Assembly (NCBI RefSeq): GCF_033153115.1
Contig: NW_026889771.1
Location: forward strand, 7,936,001-8,000,000
DNA length: 64,000 bases
Source of the DNA: Saccostrea echinata
Taxonomy: Eukaryota
Reading direction: 5' to 3'
Positions 54,501 through 64,000 of this stretch are shown piece after piece. Positions within the stretch are counted from its first letter, which is position 1, and every line of letters starts with the position of its first letter. The notes beneath the pieces are model-generated. The model was not told the DNA's origin. It did not search any database and saw only the letters and a program-made list of their open reading frames with translations. The position numbers were made by a program, and so were the translations under genes.

Positions 54501-57500
54501 TGTCACCAAAGTGTGTGTGTATAGGGAAGGGGAAGGTTTATTTTTCTATTAAATGGCTCTGTTATTTGTATAGTATGATCATTTATAGTTACATGAACAT
54601 TCTAGACCTCCCAATCACTAAATGTTTGGTTGTAAAAAGTTTTATTATTGTAATTATATAATGATAATTTCTGGAAAGTTGTTGTAATTACTTACTTTTT
54701 TCCATTAATCTTATTGCAGCATAGAAAAACTGAATAAATCCAGGTGGCTGTGGTGATGAATTGAATTCAAAAAATCCAATGATTGAATTCTGTAAAGTAA
54801 ATTTACCTTTACCAAATGTGAATATTACAGAAAGGGTTATCTATACTGAAAGATATTTCTGCAAGTTTGATGTAACTACGTAAATTGTTTCATACCAAAC
54901 TGTGATAAGAATACCTTTCCTTGCCTTTTTTATTTGGGAAGAACATTATACCTTTAGTGCTTGACAAACTGCAGTTACTCAAAATTTATTTATTTAATTA
55001 TCTAATGGAACTAAAAATAAAAGTTACTGGAGTGAAAGTTTAAATATAATATGTAAATCCACTCTGTATATGTTCATAAAAACAACATTCCTAAGAATAG
55101 TTAAATGAATTTTTAAAGAGCTATATACGGTAAGGGCATATTCCTGCCCCCATAATAGTCAAATTTTGAAAATATCTTGAAATGAGAAAAAGTGCATATA
55201 TTGTATAAAATAATCCAAATTAAGACAATATATTATGAAATTGGAATATTTAGTTGGCATTTCTTGTCTCTGTGACGTCACAAACTATTTGGATTTCCGT
55301 TATTTCTAAAATAGAGGCCAAAATGCACAGAGTTTGTTCAATTTTGACTAAAGTATTTATAGAGCGCAAGCTTGCTCAGGTACCATATTCACATATTTCA
55401 TTGATATTATCATTCTACACATTATATCAAAAGATCTAGTCTGAGCAGACCTGCGCTCGATAATTTCCAATCAAAATACTGACGTAAAATACGCTATTTT
55501 CTCTCAAAATCATTGCAATTTGGAATTTACGTCATTTTATTGACGTCATATCTAACTAATGATGTCATAGTTGATAAAAATATTTAATGCTATGAAGTCT
55601 GCAAATATCCACCTGGTTTAGAACATAATTAAAGATTTCTCCATCAAAGTTTTATTCTGGGGGCAGATACTGGCCACTACAGAATATAGTCCTTTATTTA
55701 CATTAAATATAATATCTATCACTCATTTTAATTGATCTTGAGAAATACTTACATCTTGTTTTGAAACAAAATTCAAAATCATATCTTCTGAGTACAGAAA
55801 GGTCAGGGGATACATAAGTTCTTCCACAAAACGGATTATGTATTCTGCTAATATAGGGCCTACAGGAAAGAAGAAATGTAATTAATAATTGTCTGATATA
55901 ATCAGATCATAAAACACTGCATGGGGTCTTATAACTTATAGAAAAATCAATAACATATTCTAAAAAGCTGCATTTAGCTATGATTAATTTTTTAAGCATT
56001 GAATTCAATGTGACAGTGAGTCCTGAAAAAAAGTTGTAATCATAATTCACTGAAATTTTTTTTGATTTATTATTTATCACTTCACAGTATGCTTTCTTTT
56101 TTTTTGTTCATCCTGATAAAGCATAAAGAAATTAATTACTGAAACTGTTTCAAAAATTACTAGGAACATATGTTTTTGTTAAATATGAATCTATATAACA
56201 GTGCCTCTTTGTATCTCAAAGGCATAATTGTAACAATGCATAATATGCATAAATTATAAGCTGTTTAAACTGAATCAATAAGCAATACAATATGGTGCAC
56301 ATTAACATATTTCTAAAAAAGTTTTCCTTAAACATGAACATGATGAGGTTCTATCACATACATGTTTAATTATAATATTTCTATAATACTGTGTGGAGGA
56401 AGAAACAAATGTAGCATTAATGTAATGCTGAATTTTCATTTGTTTTGCATTGTCTTTCAAGATTTTGACAATTAACAAACCTGAGTAACGAATTCCATCA
56501 ATGGTGGTGTGATATACAAAGATCTCTGGGAATCTATGGAACTTGTAGTTGGTCTTGCATGCTCCTTGAGGCCACCAACAGTTAATAGCTACAAACAGCA
56601 CCTGAGACAAAAAATGACTTTAATAAAAAATATCATTCTGAAATTCTTGTATGGAAGTCTCTCGTTCTTTTAGAAAGAAAATGCAATGGAATTAAGAAAA
56701 TCTCTCAAAATATATTCTGTCACTTTTCATGAACAGTTTTTCACCGACAAACTCATTCTTTAGAATTCATTAAGGTCTAGAAAAATGGCCAATTTCCTAC
56801 CATATATCAATCATAACACAGACATAAGTGTCCATTCATTTAAAATAAATTTCCTGCTATTCATTTTTATAGTGAACTAGTTTTTATAATACTGCATGGT
56901 GTCTTACTTTGTCCTGCAGGAACCTGGCTGCTTTTGAGTACTCTGCTCTTGCTCGCATGGACTCGTCACACCAGGGAGCATAATACAGGACAACAAGCAG
57001 TTCTCTCTTCATTAAAAGGTCTGCCACTGGCATTAAGTCACCCCAGGGGTAATCCAGAACTGATGAACCAGGAGGGAAAAATGGTTTGGGGTGTTTTGGT
57101 GGATGTAATACATTTTTTTCAAGGACACTGAAATGCAAAAGAAGATTTTTAAGATTTTCTTTGTATGGTTGATCTTCAAGTCATAATTATATTTCATTTT
57201 TGGGTTGATAAATTCCCAAAACATCAGATACTATTAGAATAACATTTAAAGCTCTGCATTAGTTTGAAAGGGGGGGGGGGCATAGCAAAATAGTAGCAGG
57301 AAGGGAGGAAATACAATGGAGCCTGGATTGACCCCCCCCCCCCCATACACACACACAAACACACAACAGTGTTCTTCCAACTGAGCTACCTGGTTACAGC
57401 AAACAGATCTCTTCAGCATTTGTAGTTACTAATGATTATTTCAAAAACAAATAATTAAGGGTGTAATGACACAGCTTAATCTTACCTTGAAATAACATGA

Positions 57501-58926
57501 TACACTGGAACTTTATCATGATACATGTATAACGAGATATTTCACCTTTCATAATTTTTTTTTGTATAATTTGTGTTTCTCTGTTTTTGAATGATAAACT
57601 CTCTATCTCATTGTGAAAGCATACATAAAAAAAAATTAACCTACTGTGATGAAAAACAGGAGATTCAGACCTCAAAAGAGATAGCACTGCATGAGGTGTT
57701 TTATCAGGGTTTTCCAAAAGAACCGGAGGCCAGGGAATTTCCCCACCCATAATGACATTATCACCCGGTTACTTTGGTATCCCCCCTCAATACCCTGTCA
57801 GGGAAGGAACCTCTAAACCCTAGTCTACTTTTTAAAAGTCCCCTGTTATTTCAATTCTTAGGGACAACCCTGTTTATGCTTTCATTTTGAGTAGTTATAT
57901 ATGTAAATATAGCCTTAAATGACCACAACAATAATTAAAATCAAATTTAAACTGCAAGGAAGTGGACAGAAACACCATTTACATAACTTATATAAATAAA
58001 TATTTTGTAATGTGATACAGTACATTTTTTTGTGTATTGCAGTATACCTGTAAGAAATATGTAGAAAAATTTGTACTATTTCGCATACATATGCCTACAG
58101 AAAGCATAAAGTAAATATACAATTGCAGTTGTTGCAATTTATTTTGGTAGAAACTTTCTTTGAATTTGATTTATTGTGTAAAGTTAAATTTTATTTTAAA
58201 CAACATTATCACATCTTATTCTTTTTTATAGCCATGCAAAGACTTTATTTCAAGAAAATGTAATGCTAGAACAGAAATACCACTGGCTAGGTGAAATATG
58301 ACAAATACATTCTCTTCTATTTCTTATTCAGTATTAAAAATCGATTCCTGAAGATTACAGATCAACAGTTTCCAAATTTTGTACAGCAACATCAACGATA
58401 GAAATAACATTTTCTAATTAAGTATGCGTGTGCAAACCTTGATCTCACATAAATAATCATGTCAACTTTTGAATATTTGAATATCAAACAAATGGAGTTA
58501 AATACAATGTCACTCATGCAGTTTTAATTTATTGACGTGTCATCAGTATTCGAGGAAATTCGAACTTAATCTGTTCTTAAAATCTGCGATTGTTTCTTAA
58601 AGCAAATGTAAAATATATATGGATAAATAATGCACAACTTAAAAAAGTAAAAACAACGAGAACATGTCAACCAATTTTATTATAACCATATGGCATACCG
58701 ATTTTGAAAGTGCAAGTTGAAAATGAAAGTTCCTCACAGTCTTGTTTTGTATAAAATTGACTCTAATCAGCATTTTCTCTCCTTACCTTGAACTGTAATT
58801 AGAAATTATGGAAGTGATAATCACAAATATTCCGAAACATAGCTCTGGATGCTTCGCCATCAACGTTAAAACAGTAATGGCAACGAGTCGTAATCCCTTT
58901 GGCTTCTCTTGTTTTGGTTCCGCCAT
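24098..58926 (-). CDS. TXNDC11: Thioredoxin domain-containing protein 11 (ER PDI-family oxidoreductase), 14 coding exons, about 862 aa
   Basis: Manually spliced exons: 58926-58787, 57127-56908, 56601-56481, 55859-55753, 54789-54696, 52982-52870, 52181-52113, 35036-34905, 34718-33969, 33845-33797, 33595-33441, 31667-31555, 31418-31338, 24542-24098. All introns are GT-AG with matching phases, total 2589 nt. Peptides LMAKHPELCFG, YYAPWCDES, VLFVAINCWW, GFFEFNSSPQPPGF, WCGFC, RIDADKNDLRWEF and TLPNLIKFILSH match vertebrate TXNDC11 as recalled. Confidence 0.95.
27727..27940. mobile_element. Tc1/mariner-type MITE
   Basis: TA|CTGTAGATTCC ... GGAATCTACAG|TA. Confidence 0.8.
28052..28602. mobile_element. 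MITE with about 145-bp imperfect TIRs
   Basis: 28052-28197 is the reverse complement of about 28457-28602; GGC...GCC ends; no clear target duplication. Confidence 0.85.
29525..29682. mobile_element. Partial pogo/Tc1-type MITE, related to 31784-31958
   Basis: Shares ATATCTCAAATA.CATGGATAT, AAGTCCCAACC and AAGGTTTGACTGTA end. Confidence 0.65.
30928..31245. mobile_element. Kolobok-like MITE
   Basis: TTAA|GGAAGCTCT...AGAGCTTCC|TTAA. Confidence 0.8.
31338..31418 (-). CDS. TXNDC11: TXNDC11 exon 13
   Basis: RIDADKNDLRWEFTLDSYPTILFFPAY (Trx cis-Pro loop). Confidence 0.94.
31555..31667 (-). CDS. TXNDC11: TXNDC11 exon 12 (Trx domain with WCGFC CxxC site)
   Basis: DVVLLITAKWCGFCISFSHIYLQLAKYFSLAKDLLFA; ttacag| and |gtaagt. 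Confidence 0.94.
31784..31958. mobile_element. pogo/Tc1-type MITE
   Basis: CAGTTGAAC...GTTTGACTG|TA. Confidence 0.7.
33441..33595 (-). CDS. TXNDC11: TXNDC11 exon 11
   Basis: ANFIQNYTESALERHLRSE...VQEVTSQTFHSVVMQQEK. Confidence 0.9.
33797..33845 (-). CDS. TXNDC11: TXNDC11 exon 10
   Basis: NEANFILRESFSRKNL; ctttcag| and |gtaagt; supplies the phase 0 to 1 link. Confidence 0.82.
33969..34718 (-). CDS. TXNDC11: TXNDC11 exon 9 (large Cys-rich central exon)
   Basis: 750-nt phase-0 exon inside ORF 33933-34775; VREVGLLYHYC...NFTGSACRTNRTLSLYFLD... Confidence 0.9.
34905..35036 (-). CDS. TXNDC11: TXNDC11 exon 8
   Basis: PIVQWLNLPGHKSLELSTAIDKRPALLVFAPVNHVHPTNYYLNM; tttacag| and |gtaaac. Confidence 0.9.
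35096..35249. repeat. Long near-perfect inverted repeat, core of a foldback (possibly Crypton-type) element running to about 35650
   Basis: AGGAATGACTC.AATTCTTGGCCAAATTATTCGAGTATAACCTGGTTTGGGTCAGTTTACGCT and its reverse complement; part of one arm (CCAAACCAGGTTATAC) recurs at about 35567. Confidence 0.85.
42392..44175 (+). mobile_element. HINE-type element (same family as 12998-15257) in transposase intron 3
   Basis: 5' ACAAGTAGCCCATGGGCCTTAACGGTCACCTGAA; 3' GTCACCTGA...TCAGGTGACCTAA; degenerate satellite units. Confidence 0.8.
43024..44095 (+). mobile_element. Second HINE-type element nested in the first, with an about 146-bp tandem array
   Basis: AACTAGAAATATGTCC...ATGCCCC start; units at about 43205, 43351, 43458, 43598, 43743 and 43889; GGACAGAA microsatellite; terminal ATGCCCCG...CGGGGCAT hairpin. 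Confidence 0.8.
45701..46383. mobile_element. MITE with about 80-bp TIRs and a 5-bp target duplication (hAT5-like)
   Basis: CTAAA|CAGGTCC.GCACAATCTCTTGATTAAGCTATATAGCT ... AGCTATATAGCTTAATCAAGAGATTGTGC.GGACCTG|CTAAA. Confidence 0.88.
47185..48171. mobile_element. Kolobok-like non-autonomous element nested in the Sola3 5' region
   Basis: Perfect 19-bp inverted repeat AAAGGATGACTGCACTTAA at 47183-47201 and 48155-48173; left TTAA intact, right flank degraded. Confidence 0.7.
48516..48667. repeat. Long inverted repeat (foldback/Crypton-type core) abutting the Sola3 end
   Basis: AATAAGGTATCAT...AACATCTATCGGGATATAAATACGGGTTGGT arm and its reverse complement, with central GCCC-AAA-GGGC. Confidence 0.85.
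48960..49893 (-). mobile_element. HINE-type element, reverse orientation
   Basis: Reverse complement begins AACAAGAATGTCTGTGAAATACTGATGCCC (compare 5108); (TCTG)n near 49021; degenerate TTGACCT repeats. Confidence 0.6.
50664..51068. mobile_element. hAT MITE
   Basis: GTTTTGCA|TAGGGATG ... CATCCCTA|GTTTTGCA, a perfect 8-bp target duplication. Confidence 0.92.
52113..52181 (-). CDS. TXNDC11: TXNDC11 exon 7
   Basis: LYPRTSNLTSSNIWKWALLHKEQ; tttctag| and |gttagt. Confidence 0.88.
52420..52570. other. Assembly gap (TXNDC11 intron 6)
   Basis: N run. Confidence 1.
52744..52866. repeat. 27-bp minisatellite at the 5' end of TXNDC11 intron 6
   Basis: TTTGACTGTGATACTGATATGCTATAT, 3 copies plus a partial copy. 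Confidence 0.9.
52870..52982 (-). CDS. TXNDC11: TXNDC11 exon 6
   Basis: NPLQPIRCGVITQQYLADELGLTDKEEIIMIRTFNESL; ttccag| and |gtgaat. Confidence 0.88.
53181..54244. mobile_element. mariner-like non-autonomous element
   Basis: GAGGGTTGTCCCAGAATT...GTAGAC versus GTCTAC...AATTTTGGGACAACCCTC TIRs. Confidence 0.78.
54696..54789 (-). CDS. TXNDC11: TXNDC11 exon 5
   Basis: NSIIGFFEFNSSPQPPGFIQFFYAAIRLMEK; tttacag| and |gtaagt. Confidence 0.92.
55117..55693. mobile_element. Kolobok-like MITE (degenerate TIRs)
   Basis: TTAA|AGAGCTATAT...CTGCCCCCA versus TGGGGGCAG...ATATAGTCCT|TTAT. Confidence 0.6.
55753..55859 (-). CDS. TXNDC11: TXNDC11 exon 4
   Basis: GPILAEYIIRFVEELMYPLTFLYSEDMILNFVSKQD; cctgtag| and |gtaagt. 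Confidence 0.9.
56481..56601 (-). CDS. TXNDC11: TXNDC11 exon 3
   Basis: VLFVAINCWWPQGACKTNYKFHRFPEIFVYH...; phase 0 to 1. Confidence 0.92.
56908..57127 (-). CDS. TXNDC11: TXNDC11 exon 2 (first Trx domain, CxxS motif WCDES)
   Basis: atttcag| acceptor, |gtaaga donor; encodes ...LLVVLYYAPWCDESMRARAEYSKAARFLQDK. Confidence 0.93.
57705..57872. mobile_element. Short MITE with CAGG termini and a 5-bp target duplication
   Basis: TTTAT|CAGGGTTTTCC ... GGACAACCCTG|TTTAT. Confidence 0.72.
58787..58926 (-). CDS. TXNDC11: TXNDC11 exon 1 (start; hydrophobic signal/anchor segment)
   Basis: MAEPKQEKPKGLRLVAITVLTLMAKHPELCFGIFVIITSIISNYSS; donor AG|gtaagg, phase 2. Confidence 0.85.
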
Positions 58927-58936
58927 TGACTGTAAA

Positions 58937-58944
58937 CCACGTCA
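58937..58944 (-). promoter_or_regulatory. UPRE (XBP1/ATF6-type unfolded-protein-response element) TGACGTGG
   Basis: Minus strand reads TGACGTGG-tttacagtca-ATG, an exact UPRE consensus beside the start of an ER-quality-control gene. Confidence 0.6.
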
Positions 58945-58988
58945 GTTTTACTAAATCTCACTGGCGACGAGAGTAAAATTTGACAAAC

Positions 58989-59005
58989 TGGCGCGAAATT
59001 TCAAA
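58989..59005. promoter_or_regulatory. E2F/CDE plus CHR-like composite (TGGCGCGAAATTTCAAA) in the TXNDC11 promoter
   Basis: TTTCGCGCCA E2F-type site next to TTTGAA on the minus strand, in a small CpG-richer patch upstream of the ATG. Confidence 0.4.
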
Positions 59006-59584
59006 CTTAGAACACGTTTTGTAAGTTATTTCTGGTGACATGAATAAAGTCATGTGCCTAACATGTATATTCTCATTATATCGCGGGTTCAATATTGTAT
59101 CGCGGTATTTTCCCAGTGTCTGTTTGAATCAAAATTCTAAATTTCAAAACTATTCTAAAACATTTTGAAAGTTGAAATTGAAATGTTTGAAGTAAATTTA
59201 AAAAAAAATTAAAAGACAAGAAATAGTACTGATTTAACATTGTTAAGTATAAACTCCCTGAATTAAAAACTCAAAGATCCTATTCGGAAATTTGAATATT
59301 GAATATTTAATTAAGGTAAATATTTTTTTTTAAAATAAAATTTCAAAAATTGTTTTGAAGATTTTTGAACGTACATATTTAATTTCAAAATACGAAATCA
59401 GTTATTTTTGAAATTTAGAAAATTTGAACTACATGTAATACATTAAAATTCTCAGTAAATCATTTCAGAAATCTGAGTTCTTAAGTGTTACACGAACCCT
59501 TTTTGATGAAAAAGGTGAATGTAACGGACATGCAGAAATCAATCTCATAAATTCTCTGAGAATACATACGACTCTTGGAAATGG

Positions 59585-59588
59585 CAAA

Positions 59589-59619
<31 letters not shown>

Positions 59620-59790
59620 CAAACAAACAAACAAACAAAAACAAACACAAAAAACAAACAAACAAAACACGCACTCCTGGAAAAACCAGAAGTGGAATCG
59701 GGCGTCGACGAAGAGTAAGTAAGCACCTTGCATCTTCCGTCGACTGGTCACACCCGCCGTGAGCCCTCTGTACTGATTACGTTAACCGAG
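59585..59790 (-). mobile_element. Naiad 3'-tail fragment abutting an (AAAAC/AAAC)n microsatellite
   Basis: Reverse complement GGGCTCACGGCGGGTGTGACCAGTCGAC... then GTTT repeats at about 59587-59669. Confidence 0.7.
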
Positions 59791-60039
59791 TAATCTGACT
59801 AGACAAAATTAGTGTATGAAAATGATAGCTATCGCGATACTAAGTATTGGAATGAAAATCATTTTATCAGAAAATGCGAGTACTAGTAGTAACATGCATA
59901 TAGACCTAACGTTAATTATTGCTTCCCAAGATGTCTGCCAGTCTTAAAATCAAATGATGGACTTGATAGCCTTGTGTTTTTATTTTACATGCCCGCAGTG
60001 TAGTCTATAATTTCCAAGTAAGTATAGAAACCTCCTTAA

Positions 60040-60969
60040 GGTATGTCACTCGTCAGCCTTTTAGAAAAGTTCAGTCAGAACCTCTTACTTAAAAACTATT
60101 TATTACAATTCAATCTTTATAACATATTTAAATTAAACAATATGAAATGTTCAACATTCAATTAAAAAACTGCTCAAATATTCATAAAGAATTAAGCAAG
60201 ATTTATAAGGGACTATTTCTTGTGGTGGAAGGATATTTAACAGAAAATTCTGCAAATCTACACATTTATTAAATTTAATATCTTGGAACTTTAGCCTCAC
60301 ATACTTTTACTCAGAGAATATTTTCCCTTATGATATGCCTGGAATATTAAATATAGGTCTCAATTATTATTTTTATAACAAAATTTACACCTTCGCTCAA
60401 CAAACTTTGCCAAGAAATGAAGATATATTAAAGAAGTCAAGAAAGAATTTACACTGTTTTTTCCTGAAAATCGCATATTTTGACCAATATTTCAAAATTT
60501 ACATCACTGACCCCTTCTTTTTCTTTCATTATTTTAAACTACTCGATACTTTTGACCCATCAGCACTTAAGTCGTAAAAAGTTTGATACAAGAAAATATT
60601 CTATTGCCTATTGAGATTTTTAATACCACAAATGTGAGACTTTTTTAGTGCAAAAAGGTCACACAATAATTTACGCGCATTAATTTGCATGATTTGTTCA
60701 ATGATAAATATTATTCAAACTATTTTACGTAAAATAAGATTACGTTTATTGCCATGGTTACATCTGATAAAATATGATAACGTTTAAAGTGATCAACCAA
60801 AGAGTTACAATTTAAGTGCAAAAAGGTCAACTTAATTGTACCGTAGCTCAGTTAGATGCACACTGACCCCCCATTTTCTCTGCGATTTTGAGTCATACTA
60901 TATGAGTACTTATCCAAAATATACTTCTCAAAAAATCCTTGATATAACAATTTTCACGAGTGACATACC
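60040..60969. mobile_element. Kolobok-like MITE
   Basis: TTAA|GGTATGTCACTCGT ... ACGAGTGACATACC|TTAA, a perfect 14-bp TIR. Confidence 0.9.
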
Positions 60970-61239
60970 TTAAATTGTATGAAAAAAAATCGAGAAATTC
61001 TCAACCCCTTAGAAAATTCTAGATTCCAACTACATGTTTTAATAGTAGAAACAAATATCATACTTTATTTAATGTATTCAGTATACAAGAATGTTATATA
61101 AGGTCTCCCTTTTCTTAAAAAAAAGTTAAGTCAATAAATCTCCATTCATGTAAAAAAGAAAAAAAAATCTACACTCTTGACTGGCCACTTACCTCTTTAT
61201 TACACTAAACAAAGAACAACCTGAAAAATAGCGGATTAC

Positions 61240-61430
61240 TTTTGATAAAATGCTAAAAGGTGACGAACAGTGATCCATCTCACAAATCTAGTAAAGAAAA
61301 ATAAATTCGAATCGTGGACAGCAAAAAATACACGGACCCCTGGAAACACCAAAGGTGGGATCAGGTGCCTAAGAGGAGCTAGCACCCCCTGTCGACCGAT
61401 CACATCCAACGTGAGCCCTGTGTATTTGAC
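61240..61430 (-). mobile_element. Naiad 3'-tail fragment
   Basis: GGTGGGATCAGGTGCCTAAGAGGAG...CCCCCTGTCGACCGATCAC. Confidence 0.78.
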
Positions 61431-62127
61431 AAATTGTCTTCTTTTTTTTTGAAAATACAATTTTACTTGCGAGGGGGTATAAATAATTTTTTTTAAAAAC
61501 TTCATAGCAGTATATATATAAATAGATATCAAAAGTTGATTTTTTTAATATTAAAAATCCAGCAGAATATTTGATATCACAATTCAGGAATTTTTTTTTA
61601 TTGTTTTTTAAATTTAAGATCTTTTTCCATTGATTTTGTGCAGTCTTAGGAGGTTTGGAAGACTTATTTGAAAATCTGAGCATTCATTTACTTGTCAGTA
61701 TTGCAAATGCAAGGTGTAAATGCGCATATCTTATTTAGTAATTCTTTGCATTATTCAAAATCCCTAACACAAGGGTTTAGGTTACTTATCCAGCCATCTA
61801 TTCAGTCTAAATATATGACGTGGTGATGAGAGGAACATTCCGGGAGGAATTAAATAAACTTTGTTTTACTAGTATTTATGTCATTCACTTTTTGATATTC
61901 AAAAATGAATTTTTGATATAAAAAATTTTAAAGCATTTTTTGATATTACAAACAATTTTCCCGATATCCATTTTCTGAATTAATAAATCTATCATTTAGA
62001 ATTTTAAAAAAAAAAGGTAGTTGACAAGAGAAACTCACTATACTTGTGGGTTAATAATATGTATACATGTAAGTTTAATAGCACACGCTTCCTCATGACC
62101 CTTTTAACCTCCACCCCCACCCCGGGC

Positions 62128-62262
62128 AATGATTTCAACAGTTTACATGCATGTAACTTTTGACGGCTCACCAAAACTACTGTTTGCTGCTCTTGAAACC
62201 ATTGACTTTTACTCTAGATTATCTGGATTAAAAATAAATAGTTCGAAGACAAAAATTGTAAG
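62128..62262 (+). mobile_element. L1/Tx1-type LINE RT fragment
   Basis: Encodes FDGSPKLLFAALETIDFYSRLSGLKINSSKTKIV, the region after the YADD motif. Confidence 0.6.
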
Positions 62263-62644
62263 AATAGACCCTACGTACGAACAATTTCTAAAACGAGGGG
62301 GAAAAAAACTTCTTATCATTTTATGTCAGATTTGGGCTAGTACCACAATCATAATATTTTTGTATAGCCTCATAGAGGATGTAGACAGGTAGTCTCGGTT
62401 ACATGCTAAAAAAATATATAAATAAATAATTTAATTAATTAAAAAAAAAGAGAGAGAGAAAAGTCAAATAAAACGGAAATCTAAATTAATTTCTGATATC
62501 AAAATTTTTAATTCTTGATAAATTTGTATGTAAATAAAAATACTGAGATCAGAAAATAAATTTAATTTTGTTTATATCGGAAAATGATTTTGAAAAAATC
62601 AAATCTAGCTTTATAAATGTCTTTTTTTTTTTTGTATATGAGGA

Positions 62645-63075
62645 ATTTCAGGTGACTTTCAAATATAGATTCAAGTTTCTTATATTTGCTAACAAGATCA
62701 TTATAACGACCATGAATTTACGAAATGCTGACTTTAACGGTTATTGAAATCCCTGTAACATGAACTTATCTGTCAGTGGTCTGCCTCTGTTTAAAAATTA
62801 ATCGTCCTCGGAGCATGCTCTTGAGTATCGAATAAGTTGGGAGATGTTAACATCATAATCAGCTGATAGCGGGATATAAATGAAAAAAAATTGACTTTGG
62901 AAAGTTGAATTTATCGCGTTTGTCATGCAATTTAGTTGTTAGTTGGCCTTTATCGTCCATAGTTAGTAAAACATCCCAATATGAAACAGGTGTAGCAGAC
63001 TCTGTGGTGTCTTTTATTTGAAGTTCACTGCAATATATTGAATCGACATACATTGTATGAATGAAAGTAACTAAT
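62645..63075 (-). mobile_element. Naiad RT C-terminal fragment
   Basis: ORF 62859-63053 YVDSIYCSELQIKDTTES...LTTKLHDKRD. Confidence 0.8.
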
Positions 63076-63096
63076 GTTAATCTCCATGATCGGAGA

Positions 63097-63340
63097 ATCT
63101 TCGGATCAAACTGCGGCCGCGACTGACCTCCGCCAAGCGGTCGGCACTTTGTAGTGAATGTTGCGGGTCTTTCGGATGAGACCTTAAAAACCGATGCCTC
63201 GTGTCAGGCGTTGGCACGATAAAGATCCTTCGGTGCTCAATGGCCCTGAGTGCCGAGTAAAGGTCTAAATTTGATGCCCTTCACCTTTATATGGTGACGT
63301 CTCTACATGTATTTATGAGTGAAAAAATCTCGAACAGGAC
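63097..63340 (+). mobile_element. Bivalve SINE body with Deu/Nin- and Meta-like central domains (BivaMD-like)
   Basis: GTCTTTCGGATGAGACCTTAAAAACCGA..., TGGCACGATAAAGATCC, and 3' GAGTGAAAAAATCTCGA. Confidence 0.65.
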
Positions 63341-63341
63341 C

Positions 63342-63395
63342 AGTGGCGGATTCAGGGGGGTTTGGGGGGGTTCGGGACCCCCCCCCCGGCCAATC
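63342..63395. mobile_element. hAT-like terminal sequence, partner end not seen
   Basis: CAGTGGCGGATTCAGGGGG...GGACCCCCC. Confidence 0.4.
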
Positions 63396-64000
63396 AAAAA
63401 AAAATTTTTTTACAAGTGTCATTTTAACAATATATTGCATAAATGAGACTCTATCCAAGCCCATTGTTTTACACAAAGAGGTGAAATATACAGACCCATG
63501 CGAAATCCCTTTCCGCTTTCAAGAGCGCACACAATACACAGGTATATAATCAACAGTACAGAGATCATGATAGTCCGTGCAGCTAGTGATGACACAACGT
63601 CATACACTAACAAACCAAAACTGCACATAGTTATTACAGCTGGTATTGTTTTGGTATTGCCAAAGTAATATTCTTCGAAAATTGAATCTTACTTTATTGA
63701 ACTATGTGAATAAACTGTGATTATTATTATTATTCAGAAAAAAAATTAATTAATACACCATGCAGGGACGTATACTAGATATACATGTAGTTGTTTACGT
63801 TGTGACCTGTATCAAAAAGCACACTTGTGGATAGAAGTTACAATGCAATTTAAAAAGCAAATGGTCTGCATTTTTTTAAAATTACAGTTGAATGATGTTT
63901 AATAAAACCCAACTAACGGTTACAACTTTGTATAATGAATCGTGGTAAAACTTTTATGTATATAATAGAGATCCTGTCAAAACAAGAATTGGCCACTTTT

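Noticed and set aside
59465-59751. Hydrophobic FVCLF-rich ORFs
   Set aside because: Translation of the (AAAC)n microsatellite.

Overview
AT-rich, repeat-dense eukaryotic scaffold with two N gaps. The repeat families point to a bivalve mollusc, probably an oyster (inference). One clear host gene is present: a 14-exon minus-strand TXNDC11 orthologue (CDS 58926->24098, about 862 aa). All its splice phases are consistent; it has thioredoxin motifs WCDES and WCGFC and ends in HDEL, and a perfect UPRE (TGACGTGG) lies 10 nt before the ATG. Its 17-kb intron 7 holds an 11.3-kb Sola3-like DNA transposon (37189-48509; TTAA target duplication, GAG...CTC 26-bp TIRs). The transposon carries a 6-exon, roughly 1060-1090-codon DDD transposase gene with one in-frame TGA and a probable C-terminal frameshift, and further elements are nested up to four levels deep. 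The rest of the window is decayed Naiad-type Penelope-like retroelements sharing a conserved 3' hairpin with a K-turn/SECIS-core-like GA quartet, Helentron/HINE elements carrying satellite arrays, many MITEs (Kolobok-, hAT-, Tc1/mariner- and foldback-type), SINE and LINE fragments, and an old three-copy tandem duplication at about 8.8-17.1 kb. Family names come from recalled motifs; no database search was run.
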